Shown piece by piece: positions 10,071-20,299 of a stretch of 64,000 nucleotides of DNA; positions within the stretch are counted from its first letter, which is position 1, and the number at the start of each line of letters is the position of its first letter. The notes beneath the pieces are model-generated. The model had not been told where the DNA came from. It saw only the letters and a program-made list of their open reading frames with translations, and made no database searches. Made by a program: the position numbers and the translations under genes. The stretch comes from an uncultured cyanobacterium (GTDB lineage Bacteria > Cyanobacteriota > Cyanobacteriia > Cyanobacteriales > CAWCAG01): positions 1,024,001-1,088,000 of the forward strand of contig CAWCAG010000007.1 of assembly GCA_963793425.1 (NCBI GenBank), read 5' to 3'.

Positions 10071-10385
10071 ATGACTACCATGACTAGTATCAATATTTCT
10101 CTGCCTGAATCCTTAAAAATCTACGTAGAAGAACAAGTAAGCAATGCTGGTTATGGTACTGTCAGCGAGTATTTACGAGAATTAATTCGTCAAGACAAAA
10201 AACGCAAAGCCCAAGAGCGTTTAGAAACCCTTTTACTAGAAAGCTTGGATACCGGTGTAGCAACACCAATGACAGCTCAAGATTGGCAATCTATCCGCGA
10301 AGCTGTTCGTGAAAAGGCTATTCAACACACACTAGAAGTTGGTAAGGTACAGAGCAACAATCAAGACCAAGATAAACAAGGCTAG
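10071..10385 (+). CDS. ParD-like ribbon-helix-helix antitoxin (no adjacent toxin)
   Basis: SINISLPESLK.YVEEQV…GYGTVSEYLRELIR motif. Confidence 0.85.
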   Translation: MTTMTSINISLPESLKIYVEEQVSNAGYGTVSEYLRELIRQDKKRKAQERLETLLLESLDTGVATPMTAQDWQSIREAVREKAIQHTLEVGKVQSNNQDQDKQG

Positions 10386-10396
10386 AGCTAACAAAG

Positions 10397-10420
10397 AAAC
10401 CTAGCTATATAGCTAGGTTT
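10397..10420. terminator. Perfect 24-bp palindrome between convergent genes
   Basis: AAACCTAGCTATATAGCTAGGTTT. Confidence 0.55.
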
Positions 10421-10444
10421 GGAAGCGATTTGAAAACTTTAGTA

Positions 10445-11296
10445 TTACAACAAAGAGTTAACTAAATTCTTGTAACTAGGGCTATCTAAACCAAAACCTT
10501 GATAACCTGTTCCTTGAGGAATCATTTGCTCTAATCTGGTTACTCGTTCTGCTGTATGGGGGTGAGTGCTAAGAAATTCTGGAGGAGCGCCGGAACTTTT
10601 TTGTTGGAGTTTTTTCATAAAGGTTACAGCACCAATGGGGGCATAACCTGTTTTTACTAAACTATTTAAGCCTAGTTCATCGGCTTCTAATTCATCGGAG
10701 CGACTATTAGGCAAACTCAGAGCAAGCTGTACCCCAATTTGGACAGCTTGAGAGCGGTCTAATCCCGCCGCAGAAAGGATACCTTGTTGAATAGCTGACT
10801 CTTTCATTTGATTAACGGCGTGACGGGCTGTTACATGGGCAATTTCGTGGGCCATAACACTGGCTAATTCTGCTTCATTGTCCGCAGCATTAATTAACCC
10901 TGTGTGTACATAAGCAAACCCTCCCATGGTCGCAAAGGCGTTAATACTTTTATCTTCAACTACCTGGAAAGTATAGGGAATGTCAGTACGAGTACTATTA
11001 GCTGCTAAATTCTGACCAATTTCGTTAATATAGCTAGTTAACTGCTTGTTGCGAGAAATAGGAACTTGGCGACTAATTTGTTGGTTGATCCGTTTGCCTA
11101 AGTCAACTTCTTGGTTATTTGATATGTTTGAGAGCTGAATAATTTGAATGCCCCGCAAAAGTAACTCTAACCAAGAAGCAGAGTAACCGGGTTGGGGAGT
11201 TGCTACAGAAAAACTGAATGCGGAAATTACGGCAACAAGCCCATATAACCAACGACGGCGGGAACGCCAAAAAGGAGAGAAAATTTGCTCTAACAT
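10445..11296 (-). CDS. M48 family zinc metallopeptidase
   Basis: INAFA, HEIAH (HExxH), ELEADE, FLSTHP; Arg-rich signal peptide. Confidence 0.92.
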   Translation of the reverse strand: MLEQIFSPFWRSRRRWLYGLVAVISAFSFSVATPQPGYSASWLELLLRGIQIIQLSNISNNQEVDLGKRINQQISRQVPISRNKQLTSYINEIGQNLAANSTRTDIPYTFQVVEDKSINAFATMGGFAYVHTGLINAADNEAELASVMAHEIAHVTARHAVNQMKESAIQQGILSAAGLDRSQAVQIGVQLALSLPNSRSDELEADELGLNSLVKTGYAPIGAVTFMKKLQQKSSGAPPEFLSTHPHTAERVTRLEQMIPQGTGYQGFGLDSPSYKNLVNSLL

Positions 11297-11531
11297 TACT
11301 AAAATTGAGGTGAGTGAGGAATATAGATATAGATATAAAGTAGCCCTAGAGCTAGTTGACGAGATTGGAAAGCTAAAAGTTGCTGAGGAACTTCAATGGT
11401 AGATACAATAAATAACTTGAAATTTACTGAAGGGGGTAATTACTGGAATTTCAGTATATCTGTTTTTTCTTACTAAGGCCATAACCCAAATAATTCCTGG
11501 AATAATAAAAAACAAATAGAACATTGATTAA

Positions 11532-11573
11532 TGATCATTGATCATTGATCATTGATCATTGACCCTTGATCAC
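11532..11573. repeat. STRR-like heptamer tandem repeat (TGATCAT)x~6
   Basis: Direct reading. Confidence 0.85.
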
Positions 11574-11590
11574 TGAGTTATTGGTAAGGT

Positions 11591-12127
11591 ATGAAAATTC
11601 TAGATTCTCAAGGTCGTTTGTTTGGCAAAATTAGCATTATAGATTTAGGTGCTGCTTTAGTTATTCTTGCCGTTATTATTGGTATATTTATCTTTCCGGG
11701 AACTTCAGGCTCTATAGCTCAGGTCACTAAAACCCAGCCAGTAGAAGTTGATGTGGTTGTTAGAGGACTAAGCGTTGCTAAACCAGAAGAACTCCTCGAA
11801 CAATTTAGCGAAGAGAAAACAACTAAGCTATCTATTCGCAACGAAGCCTATGGTGATCCCTTGGAGATTAAATCTGTTGAAGAGCTAGAAAGGTTGGTTG
11901 TTGTACCTCAACCAGATGGCTCTGTTAAGGCTCTACCTGATCCTCGTAAACAAGAAGATGCTCTCAATGTAGATTTGTTAATGACTTTGGGCGGTGAAGG
12001 ACAAATTACGGAAACAGGAGTTGTTTTGGGGCAAAACAAAATTAAAATTGGCACAACTGTGGAACTAGAAGGGAATAATTATAACTTTAACGCCAGCGTT
12101 ATTGATGTCAGGGTGGAAGAAGAGTAA
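11591..12127 (+). CDS. DUF4330 family membrane-anchored protein
   Basis: MKILDSQGRLFGKISIID start, TM, PQPDGSVKALPDP. Confidence 0.8.
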   Translation: MKILDSQGRLFGKISIIDLGAALVILAVIIGIFIFPGTSGSIAQVTKTQPVEVDVVVRGLSVAKPEELLEQFSEEKTTKLSIRNEAYGDPLEIKSVEELERLVVVPQPDGSVKALPDPRKQEDALNVDLLMTLGGEGQITETGVVLGQNKIKIGTTVELEGNNYNFNASVIDVRVEEE

Positions 12128-12145
12128 ATCAAAATCCTGTTAGGT

Positions 12146-12184
12146 GAGCTGGGGAGCTAGGGAGCTAGGGAGCTAGGGAGCTAG
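12146..12184. repeat. Octamer tandem repeat (GAGCTAGG)x~5
   Basis: Direct reading; between convergent genes. Confidence 0.85.
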
Positions 12185-12210
12185 AATATTTAACAACTAG
12201 CCATTAGCCG

Positions 12211-13602
12211 TTAGCCATTAGCATCTTGCTTTTGGAGCTTTCTTAGCCAATCTTCCTTAAATTTCTCGACTACTTTGTTTAAACCGACGGAATTAGAAGC
12301 TTTAAAAAGGAGGCGATCCCCTGGTTGAATTAGTTGTTGTAAGGCTTCGTTTAATTCTTGGTGGGTAGTGAAGCACTGGGTGGGGATATTTTGCACTCCC
12401 TCTGCGATCGCCTGGGCTTCTGGATCATCTTTTAAGATTAATAAGTAATCTAAAGCCAACTCTTGCACCTTTAGACCCACTTTTTGGTGTAGTTGAGAAG
12501 ATTGTTCTCCTAACTCCTTCATTGTCCCTAATATCGCTATCTGACGCTTGCCTGGAGTTTCTTTGAGCAGATGCAAAGCTGCGATCATTGATTCTGTACC
12601 TGCGTTGTATGTCTCGTCTAAAATAACTACATCTTGGGGAAGTTCATAACGTTGCGCCCTGCCTTGAGGGAGATTGACTGTCAAACTTTGGGCAAAAGAA
12701 GACCAATCAATATTTAAGATTTTGGCTACAGCTAAAGCAGCTAGGTAATTGAGGGCATTATGACGACCGCTTAAAGGTAAAGGTAACTCCATTCCATCTA
12801 CTAACATGGTTTGGGGGTTGAGTAACTTCCCTTGAATATCTCCCCCTGTCAAACCAAAAGTAATAGTTTCTCCTTGCCAAACCTGAGAGGCCGTATCCAT
12901 TAAAAGCTGGTTATCATAATTAAGAACCGCAACACTCGTATTTGGCATCTCGGCTAATAATTCACATTTAGCTTGGGCGATCGCAGCTTTAGAACCTAAA
13001 AGTCCGATGTGTGCCGTACCTACATTAGTTATCACTCCAATGGTAGGATGAGCCGTTTGGGTTAATTCAGCAATTTGCCCTAAACCTCGCATTGCCATTT
13101 CAATAACAGCAAACCTGTCTTCCCCAGCCAACTCTAGTAGGGTTTTTGGTACACCGATTTCGTTGTTATAGTTTGCTTGGGATTTTAGCACCTGTCCTTG
13201 GGTAGATAAAATTGCTGCGATAAGTTCTTTTGTAGTTGTTTTGCCTACTGAACCAGTAATACCAACCACCGGAATATCGAAACGATCCCGCCATACCCTA
13301 GCAATTTTTTGATATGTAGCTAAAGTATCTTCGACATAAAATAGAGGTACTTTAGCACTCAGTTCTAAAGCACAATTCTGATTAAGAATTAAAGCCCTTG
13401 CCCCTTTGTGTAAAGCCGTTTTAACAAAGCTATGACCATCAAAGTTCTCTCCTTTTAAAGCCAAAAATACTTCCCCTGATTTTAAGGTGCGAGTATCTGT
13501 GGTGATGCCAAGAACTTTTTGAGTTGAATTTGCTGGGGAAAAATTTAAAACCTCTGAGGCAAGAATATTGTTGAGTTCAGCAAGAGATAATTGACAAGAC
13601 AT
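12211..13602 (-). CDS. murF: UDP-N-acetylmuramoyl-tripeptide--D-Ala-D-Ala ligase
   Basis: TDTR, GENFDGH, GITGSVGKTTTKE, NNEIGVP, DETYNA, GTMKELG, KASNS. Confidence 0.95.
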   Translation of the reverse strand: MSCQLSLAELNNILASEVLNFSPANSTQKVLGITTDTRTLKSGEVFLALKGENFDGHSFVKTALHKGARALILNQNCALELSAKVPLFYVEDTLATYQKIARVWRDRFDIPVVGITGSVGKTTTKELIAAILSTQGQVLKSQANYNNEIGVPKTLLELAGEDRFAVIEMAMRGLGQIAELTQTAHPTIGVITNVGTAHIGLLGSKAAIAQAKCELLAEMPNTSVAVLNYDNQLLMDTASQVWQGETITFGLTGGDIQGKLLNPQTMLVDGMELPLPLSGRHNALNYLAALAVAKILNIDWSSFAQSLTVNLPQGRAQRYELPQDVVILDETYNAGTESMIAALHLLKETPGKRQIAILGTMKELGEQSSQLHQKVGLKVQELALDYLLILKDDPEAQAIAEGVQNIPTQCFTTHQELNEALQQLIQPGDRLLFKASNSVGLNKVVEKFKEDWLRKLQKQDANG

Positions 13603-13928
13603 AAAACATCAGGAAAATGAAATTAAGAGTTAAGCTAGTAGAAACAAATTGATTTTGCCAACAGCATAATGGCTGAATTTAGCCTACGCCATTTGGCTTA
13701 ACTGAAACTTCATAATTACTTAGTGTATACACTAAGCTCATAAAGTTTCTATCAAGATATACTGAAGGCGCGGTTATTCTAAGTTAAGTTTGGGCAGATT
13801 AGCAATTTTTTGCTGATCACTAAAAAAGCCCAAGGTCAACATCTCTAAAAATTTGCTATTGCTTAAAAAAGAAATTAATTGCACTGAACTTAACCTGTAG
13901 CGCAGTTTTTACCAGCAAAAAGGAACGT

Positions 13929-15236
13929 TTGCCTCCAGGAGCGACGATTATAGTGACGCTATTGACAGACTCTCATTTACCAGAAACTAACCCTGAAGAA
14001 CAACAAATTTACGACCATCTGCTCAACTGTGTTAAGGAGGAATCCCCCAGTGAGATCGTCGAGCGTTTCCGGCTTTTATTTATTGAAGCGACAGGCTATC
14101 CTGATGCGAAAGTTAGAGATGCCATAGCTAAAATTGTCAACGCTAAATATGCAGAAAAAAAGTTTAAATATATTCTTAACCGCTGTTGCCATATCGTTAT
14201 TAATCGTTGGCAAATAGAAGCTGAACAAGAAGCTATTTCTGAATTATTACACCTTTTAGAAAATGCTTCTGCCCCCAAAAGTGCTTACTCCCGTACTGCC
14301 AGACGTATGTACACCCTGGTTAAGGGTTTCCTGGAGACAGATCAGTATACAACTCTACATCGTTTAGCTAACGTCGTAGGCAAAAAACTCGAAATTACGG
14401 TAGGCAAACCCCATCCCGTCGGTCACTTAATCAATCGCTATCCTTACCTTTATAAACATTGTTTGCTAAGCGAAGATAGTAGTTACGAACATCAACAAAC
14501 TGTGATGAGTATCCAGGCTAGCAAGCAAAAAAACTTTGAGTTTAGCCTTTCTCAATATGTTACTTATCAACTTCGGTTGGCTCAAATGGCGCGGATGGGG
14601 CAGTTAAATAAAGGAGCTAAACCCAATATTCAACCTGTCAGGAATCCAACCTTATTAACAGAGCAAGAATTAGCCATTGCTTTGAAGCATTTTGTCGGTA
14701 AAGTTCAAGGTGACTATACCTACAGAGATTTAGCCCACAGCTTCATGAAGCATACTAAGGATGCACGCTCCTATCGAGATTTTAAGGATAATTTATATGA
14801 GTATTTGACTTTTCCTATCAATCCCAGATATGGAAATACTCAATTCAATGAGAGATTATACAAGCAATTACAAAGCACTTTGCCTCATTCTGACTTCCAA
14901 AAACCCAATGAGTCATTAATTTTGCGAACTTCTACTCAGTTGCTAAATTTTTTGATTGTAGAGAGTGCCTATCAACCTAATCACTACGTTTTCGTGGATC
15001 TAATCAGTAATCTGGGTGCAACTCCTACAGTAGCGCTGTTGTTGAAAATCACTTTAGCTTGCCATAAAGTTAGACCTCATTTAGAAAAACGCTTTTCTAT
15101 TCTTTTCAATCACTACGAATCTTCTAACAAAGATGGTGTTCCTTGGTTGATTCAATCTTTAGAAAACGTCAACATCGCTTTCAGCATCCATTTTGGGGCG
15201 GTAGATTTATCCTGCTTGAAGCAGCTTATGAAGTGA
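13929..15236 (+). CDS. Conserved-looking all-helical cyanobacterial hypothetical protein
   Basis: 435-aa ORF with motifs ILNRCCHIVINRW, LINRYPYLY.HCLL, LEKRFSILFNHYE; start may be GTG at 13953. Confidence 0.75.
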   Translation: MPPGATIIVTLLTDSHLPETNPEEQQIYDHLLNCVKEESPSEIVERFRLLFIEATGYPDAKVRDAIAKIVNAKYAEKKFKYILNRCCHIVINRWQIEAEQEAISELLHLLENASAPKSAYSRTARRMYTLVKGFLETDQYTTLHRLANVVGKKLEITVGKPHPVGHLINRYPYLYKHCLLSEDSSYEHQQTVMSIQASKQKNFEFSLSQYVTYQLRLAQMARMGQLNKGAKPNIQPVRNPTLLTEQELAIALKHFVGKVQGDYTYRDLAHSFMKHTKDARSYRDFKDNLYEYLTFPINPRYGNTQFNERLYKQLQSTLPHSDFQKPNESLILRTSTQLLNFLIVESAYQPNHYVFVDLISNLGATPTVALLLKITLACHKVRPHLEKRFSILFNHYESSNKDGVPWLIQSLENVNIAFSIHFGAVDLSCLKQLMK

Positions 15237-15238
15237 TT

Positions 15239-15266
15239 TTGCTAATTGCTAATTGCTAATTGCTAG
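15239..15266. repeat. Heptamer tandem repeat (TTGCTAA)x4
   Basis: Direct reading. Confidence 0.8.
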
Positions 15267-15314
15267 TCGTATTAACAACTGCTTGACTTGCCATTATCTT
15301 TAAGGCCTCATTGT

Positions 15315-15878
15315 TCATTGATTATCTTTCCATTCTGACAAATCTCTCTCTACTGCATACTGAAAATTAATTGGCACTAAAATTACTTCAGATTCCTTTC
15401 CTGGGTTATCAGAAGGATCTGCTTGGGCGTAGATTAACTTTCCTCCCGTAGCAGATTGCCCCAGAAATAATTGATGCTTTTCCTCACTTTCCAAAGTCAC
15501 ACTAATTTTAGAAATAGGTTCGTCTAAGCCATAATTTTTCAATTGCTGCACTGGGACAGAAAAAGTGCGATCGCGTTCCTCTTCTGCCAAGGCATCTAAC
15601 AAAAAAGCGACCACAGCACTGTTAGCGGGTGCATCTTCCGGTTGCTTCATCTGCCAAGGGGTTATTACTTGATTAGTACGTGCAAATTTTAGAGTTTGGT
15701 CAGGGAGTTCTATAGTTAAGGATTTTACCTCTTCTTCTGTGAAAGTGAAAATTTGCTTCTTCTGCTCCTCACTAGCTTCTTGTCGCGGTACAAATTGACT
15801 CTCATAAAAATAGACACCAAGCCCCAAAACTCCAGCCAAACTGAGCAAAATCCAAGTCTTACGGTTTAATTGCATCAC
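15315..15878 (-). CDS. DUF4340 family protein
   Basis: N-terminal TM, WQMKQP..PA, YGLDEP. Confidence 0.75.
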   Translation of the reverse strand: MMQLNRKTWILLSLAGVLGLGVYFYESQFVPRQEASEEQKKQIFTFTEEEVKSLTIELPDQTLKFARTNQVITPWQMKQPEDAPANSAVVAFLLDALAEEERDRTFSVPVQQLKNYGLDEPISKISVTLESEEKHQLFLGQSATGGKLIYAQADPSDNPGKESEVILVPINFQYAVERDLSEWKDNQ

Positions 15879-15934
15879 TCTCCCTTACTCCCTACTCCCT
15901 TCCTCCACAGATAACCTTTGCCACTAAAAAAGTA

Positions 15935-17281
15935 CTACTCCATCATATGCTTCTGCACAAAATCTGTATAAACCTCCCCAGCCAAAAACTCTGGTGTTTC
16001 CAAGATCCTTTGATGAAAACCAATAGTAGTGGGAACTCCTGTGATAGCACATTCCCGTAATGCTCTTTTCATCCGCTTAATAGCAGCATTGCGATCTTCT
16101 CCCCAAACAATGAGTTTGCCAATCAGAGAGTCATAATAAGGGGGAATATGATAATCAGTATAGACATGAGAATCCATACGGACTCCTGGCCCTCCTGGAG
16201 GTAAATAACCGCTAATTTGCCCAGGATGAGGGCGAAAGTTTTGGTCAGGATCTTCAGCGTTAATACGACATTCGATGGCATGGCCTTGAAGATTAACTTG
16301 CTCTTGGGTTAAGCGTAATTTTTCTCCTTGGGCAATACGAATTTGTTCACAGACAAGATCCAACCCGACAATCATTTCTGTTACAGGATGTTCTACTTGA
16401 ATGCGAGTATTCATTTCCATAAAATAAAACCCACCGGAACTATCAAGAAGAAACTCCACTGTACCTGCACCAACATAATTAATGGACTTCGCTGCCATAA
16501 CTGCAGCTTGCCCCATATTTCTTCGCAACTCAGCGCTCAAAACTGTGCTGGGAGCTTCTTCCAACAATTTTTGATTGCGTCTTTGGATAGAGCAATCTCT
16601 TTCTCCTAAATGAATGACATTACCGTAACTATCAGCCAAGATCTGAAACTCTATGTGGCGGGGTTTTTCTATAAACTTTTCCAGATAAACTCCCGGATTC
16701 CCGAAGGCAGCTTCTGCTTCCCCCTGGGCGGCAAAAAACAACTTAACTAGTTCACTTTCTTGCCTGGCAAGGCGCATACCTCGCCCTCCTCCTCCAGCGG
16801 TTGCTTTAATCATCACTGGATAGCCAATTTTACGAGCTACAACTAAAGCTTCTTCCTCATTTCTGAGTAATCCTTTACTGCCGGGGACAGTGGAAACCCC
16901 TGCTTGTTCCATTGTTTTTTTGGCCGTTGATTTATCTCCCATAGCTAGAATTGCTTCTGGAGAAGGGCCGATAAAGGAGATTTGGTGATCAGCACAAATT
17001 TCAGCAAAACGAGCATTTTCTGCTAAAAATCCGTAACCAGGGTGAATTGCTGTAGCATTGCGAGTCAAGGCAGCAGCAATGATGTTAGGAATGTTTAAGT
17101 AACTCTTACCACTAGGAGGCGGGCCAATACAAACACTTTCGTCTGCGAGTTGGACATGGAGAGCCTGGAGGTCGATTGTAGAGTGAACTGCTACCGTAGC
17201 AATTCCCATTTCCTCGCAGCTCCTTAATATCCTTAAGGCAATTTCTCCTCGATTAGCAATCAGTATTTTTGAAAATTGCAT
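15935..17281 (-). CDS. accC: Acetyl-CoA carboxylase biotin carboxylase subunit
   Basis: [50 protein letters not shown]. Confidence 0.97.
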   Translation of the reverse strand: MQFSKILIANRGEIALRILRSCEEMGIATVAVHSTIDLQALHVQLADESVCIGPPPSGKSYLNIPNIIAAALTRNATAIHPGYGFLAENARFAEICADHQISFIGPSPEAILAMGDKSTAKKTMEQAGVSTVPGSKGLLRNEEEALVVARKIGYPVMIKATAGGGGRGMRLARQESELVKLFFAAQGEAEAAFGNPGVYLEKFIEKPRHIEFQILADSYGNVIHLGERDCSIQRRNQKLLEEAPSTVLSAELRRNMGQAAVMAAKSINYVGAGTVEFLLDSSGGFYFMEMNTRIQVEHPVTEMIVGLDLVCEQIRIAQGEKLRLTQEQVNLQGHAIECRINAEDPDQNFRPHPGQISGYLPPGGPGVRMDSHVYTDYHIPPYYDSLIGKLIVWGEDRNAAIKRMKRALRECAITGVPTTIGFHQRILETPEFLAGEVYTDFVQKHMME

Positions 17282-17430
17282 CTTAGGCGCATTTTATTTT
17301 AATTAAGAAGTAGAATAGTTTTTTGCCATGCTACTGGAGAATATTTTGGCAGAAAACGGTCATTGACGGGGTGCATTGCCTATCATACTAAACCCTGTTT
17401 ACTAGCACAGGTTATTTGTGGGGGTAGGGA

Positions 17431-17460
17431 GCAGGCAGCAGGCAGCAGGCAGCAGGCAGC
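17431..17460. repeat. Heptamer tandem repeat (GCAGGCA)x4
   Basis: Direct reading. Confidence 0.8.
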
Positions 17461-17517
17461 AAGATTACCAAAAAAAGAAGTTTTCCCCAGCTCCCTATTT
17501 CCCTGTCGCAAGCAACT

Positions 17518-18243
17518 TTAACGCTGAGCGCCCACAGAAATGTACCAAATTTTTGAGCCAGGATTGAATTGATTAGATTGACAATAACCAGAATTTGCAA
17601 TTTCGCAACTATTTTGTTGGGGATCACTCCACTGATAAATCCCGGCTGCTTTTTGTTCGTGTGGAGATTTAACCCAAAAACCCATACCACTGTGGGGATT
17701 GCTGGGTTGGTTTTGAAATTGAGCATATTCAACATCGGGAGAAAAGTAAAGTTGTACCCCTCCGTAAGCTTGGGTGGATTCTGCCAAAGAAGTACCAGGT
17801 TTAATGCCTTCGGCAGTACCATAATTTGGGTTATTAGTAATTAAAAACATAATGACGGCTTCATCCTCTGGAAATTCGCCATTATCTGGGCTAGCGATGA
17901 AGTAAAATAAATCTTCAGCGTTTTCAGAAACTGCGATCGCATGGGGTATATCCGGCAAACTAGTTAAACTATAATTTGCCTGGGGATAAAGTTGTTTAAG
18001 TTCCCCTACACTCATCCCCAATCGAGCTTTCCCTATTTGTTGAGGCGTAATCATCTGCTCCTCGTTACTTGTTTGATAATCTTGGGATGCAGTGGTTATG
18101 CTAGCCACTTGACTATCACTTTGGAATGATATTCCCGCCTGAGTTACGGATTCATCCAATTTATCTAGTGTATCTAGTTCAGAGCATCCCGCTACTAACG
18201 GTAAGATGAAGATTAAGTTGAGCAGTCTCCAGGGAAAGATCAT
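17518..18243 (-). CDS. Putative lipoprotein of unknown function
   Basis: Lipobox VAG|C; IGKARLGMS and TAEGIKPGTSL motifs. Confidence 0.7.
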   Translation of the reverse strand: MIFPWRLLNLIFILPLVAGCSELDTLDKLDESVTQAGISFQSDSQVASITTASQDYQTSNEEQMITPQQIGKARLGMSVGELKQLYPQANYSLTSLPDIPHAIAVSENAEDLFYFIASPDNGEFPEDEAVIMFLITNNPNYGTAEGIKPGTSLAESTQAYGGVQLYFSPDVEYAQFQNQPSNPHSGMGFWVKSPHEQKAAGIYQWSDPQQNSCEIANSGYCQSNQFNPGSKIWYISVGAQR

Positions 18244-18889
18244 CTCTAATTTGCCTTACTCGATATTGATCTATAAGCTTGATTCTTGGGTGAATATAGG
18301 TGTTCAGGATACATTTCCTGACATCTATAAATTCTCCTGGTGCTGATTTAATGTCACTCAACAGTAAGTACAGTATTTCTTACTGCTAAAAGCTTTATTC
18401 CTAACTAATTTTTTTCTAGGTTAAAATTATGAGCAAAGCTACCAATGCAAAATTTGGCTAAGCTAATGATAGAGGAAGGAAGAGACTTCATCATCAAAGA
18501 GTAAATAGCTTCGTTTTTTACTTTTGCTGCTTGACAAAATACTTAGCTGAAGGGAACATTCCAAAAAGTACAAATGGCTAACATTTATGTTTTGCTCATT
18601 TGTGATTGGAATGCAAAAGCAATCAGTAGTTTAGTATTCTAGCAACTTGAGGATGCTCTCTACCTAAATTCCTAAAAGCAGGCATAAATAAGTGAACATT
18701 AAATTTTGTTCTGGTTTGATTATAATCCTATCGAAGCAATAATAAAGCAAGAAGAAATAAATTATAAAATTATTTTTTAAAGATGTCTTTAATATTTCAA
18801 TACTTAAGCACAAATGAAGGGGCTTGGCCCCCTCATATCTACCTATTTAACAAAAATGCTATTGTGGAAATTGAATCAGAAACTTCAGT

Positions 18890-19420
18890 TTAATTCCTAC
18901 GGACTTTAGCTTGACTAGCCATCTCTTTAAACATAGTCATGTTTGCTCCCGGTCGGCGACGAGGAGTGGGAGCTGAGACAAAGTTTTTAGAGGCAAAACC
19001 TACAGCATCTGAAGATTCTGACTCTACTTCAACTTTATTGTTATTATTATTACCTTGAACCGCTGATGAGATTAATTGTGCAATGCGATCAGATTCTGAA
19101 GTAGGAGTGGTTGCTTTGGTTTGAGTTTTGACTTGTTGTTGAGTTGATTTCTCTGTTTTCGTCTTCTTGGTTTGGCTATCTTTGAGTTCAGCAACTCCTT
19201 CGGTAACATTCCCTTTTAATTCTGCTGCCTCTTCAGTCACGTTTTCTTGTAACTCGGATACACCTTCAGTCACATTTTCTTTTAATTCTGCTGCGCCTTC
19301 GGTAACATTTTCCTGTAACTCAGCAACACCTTCAGTCACATTTTTCTGTAAATCGGCTGCCCCTTCCTTTAATTCTGCAAAAAAGCCATTCTTTTTTTTT
19401 CCAAGACCGAACATTGGCAA
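18890..19420 (-). CDS. Hypothetical protein with six 11-aa repeats
   Basis: TEG(V/A)AEL(Q/K)ENV repeats; C-terminal PRRRPGANMTMFKEMA; likely start is ATG at 19414. Confidence 0.75.
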   Translation of the reverse strand: MPMFGLGKKKNGFFAELKEGAADLQKNVTEGVAELQENVTEGAAELKENVTEGVSELQENVTEEAAELKGNVTEGVAELKDSQTKKTKTEKSTQQQVKTQTKATTPTSESDRIAQLISSAVQGNNNNNKVEVESESSDAVGFASKNFVSAPTPRRRPGANMTMFKEMASQAKVRRN

Positions 19421-19689
19421 TAACTCCTGAATTTATAATAAAGTTAGTAGCAACTGAAGTTACCAAACTCCAGTTGTTAGTTTGCTAAGACCTATTTCTT
19501 TAATAAGAGCAAGATAAAATTTAGCAGCGAAGTTTCTATTTCTTATTATTAATAAAGCCAGAAAAATAAATTTCTAGCAATGTTTCTTAATATTTTTTAA
19601 TAAACAGTCTATATTTTAGTTCTCGGAAGCTCTCAAAAAGATATTTTTTTTATAAAAATCAACACTTAACTCATTTTGCACTTGCATAT

Positions 19690-20292
19690 ATGCCAGCACC
19701 TGTTAATCGCAATCCCGTACTACTTGTCCACGGCATCAACGACACCGTTGCTGTTTTCAATTCTATGTCAGCTTACTTGACAAAATTAGGTTGGTCTGTA
19801 TACAAATTAAACTTGACTCCCAATAACGGGGACTTAGGTTTAGATAAATTGGCAATGCAAGTAGCTGCATATATTGAAGCGAACTTTCCTCCTCAACAAC
19901 CTCTAGATTTAGTTGGTTTCAGCATGGGAGGAATTGTTACTCGTTACTACTTGCAAAGACTAGGAGGAATCAAGCGAGTACAACGTTATATTAGTATCTC
20001 CGCACCAAATCATGGCACAATTATTGCTCAATTATCTCAACGTCCGGGGTGTATACAAATGCGTCCCCATAGTTCTTTGCTAAAAGATTTAAACCATGAT
20101 GCTAAAGAGATGTTGGGGAGAGTTGATTACACAACCATCTGGACACCCTTCGATTTAATGATTGTTCCTGCCGGTAGTTCTGTAATGGGAGTAGGAAAAG
20201 AAGTTAAGCTTAATGTTCTTTTGCATCCTTGGATGTTAACTGATTATAGATGTTTGAAAATTGTGGGTAATGCTCTGAGTTCTGAACTATAG
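19690..20292 (+). CDS. Alpha/beta-hydrolase lipase/esterase
   Basis: PVLLVHG oxyanion motif, GFSMGG nucleophile elbow, D (FDLMIVP) and H (LLHPWM). Confidence 0.9.
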   Translation: MPAPVNRNPVLLVHGINDTVAVFNSMSAYLTKLGWSVYKLNLTPNNGDLGLDKLAMQVAAYIEANFPPQQPLDLVGFSMGGIVTRYYLQRLGGIKRVQRYISISAPNHGTIIAQLSQRPGCIQMRPHSSLLKDLNHDAKEMLGRVDYTTIWTPFDLMIVPAGSSVMGVGKEVKLNVLLHPWMLTDYRCLKIVGNALSSEL

Positions 20293-20299
20293 AGATATA

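Noticed and set aside
17412..17822. 136-aa ORF ending in LLPAACCLLPAP
   Set aside because: Overlaps the lipoprotein gene in another frame, and the tail is translation of the GCAGGCA repeat
19172..19369. 33-bp repeats as a possible CRISPR array
   Set aside because: Contiguous in-frame coding repeats with no unique spacers and no cas genes
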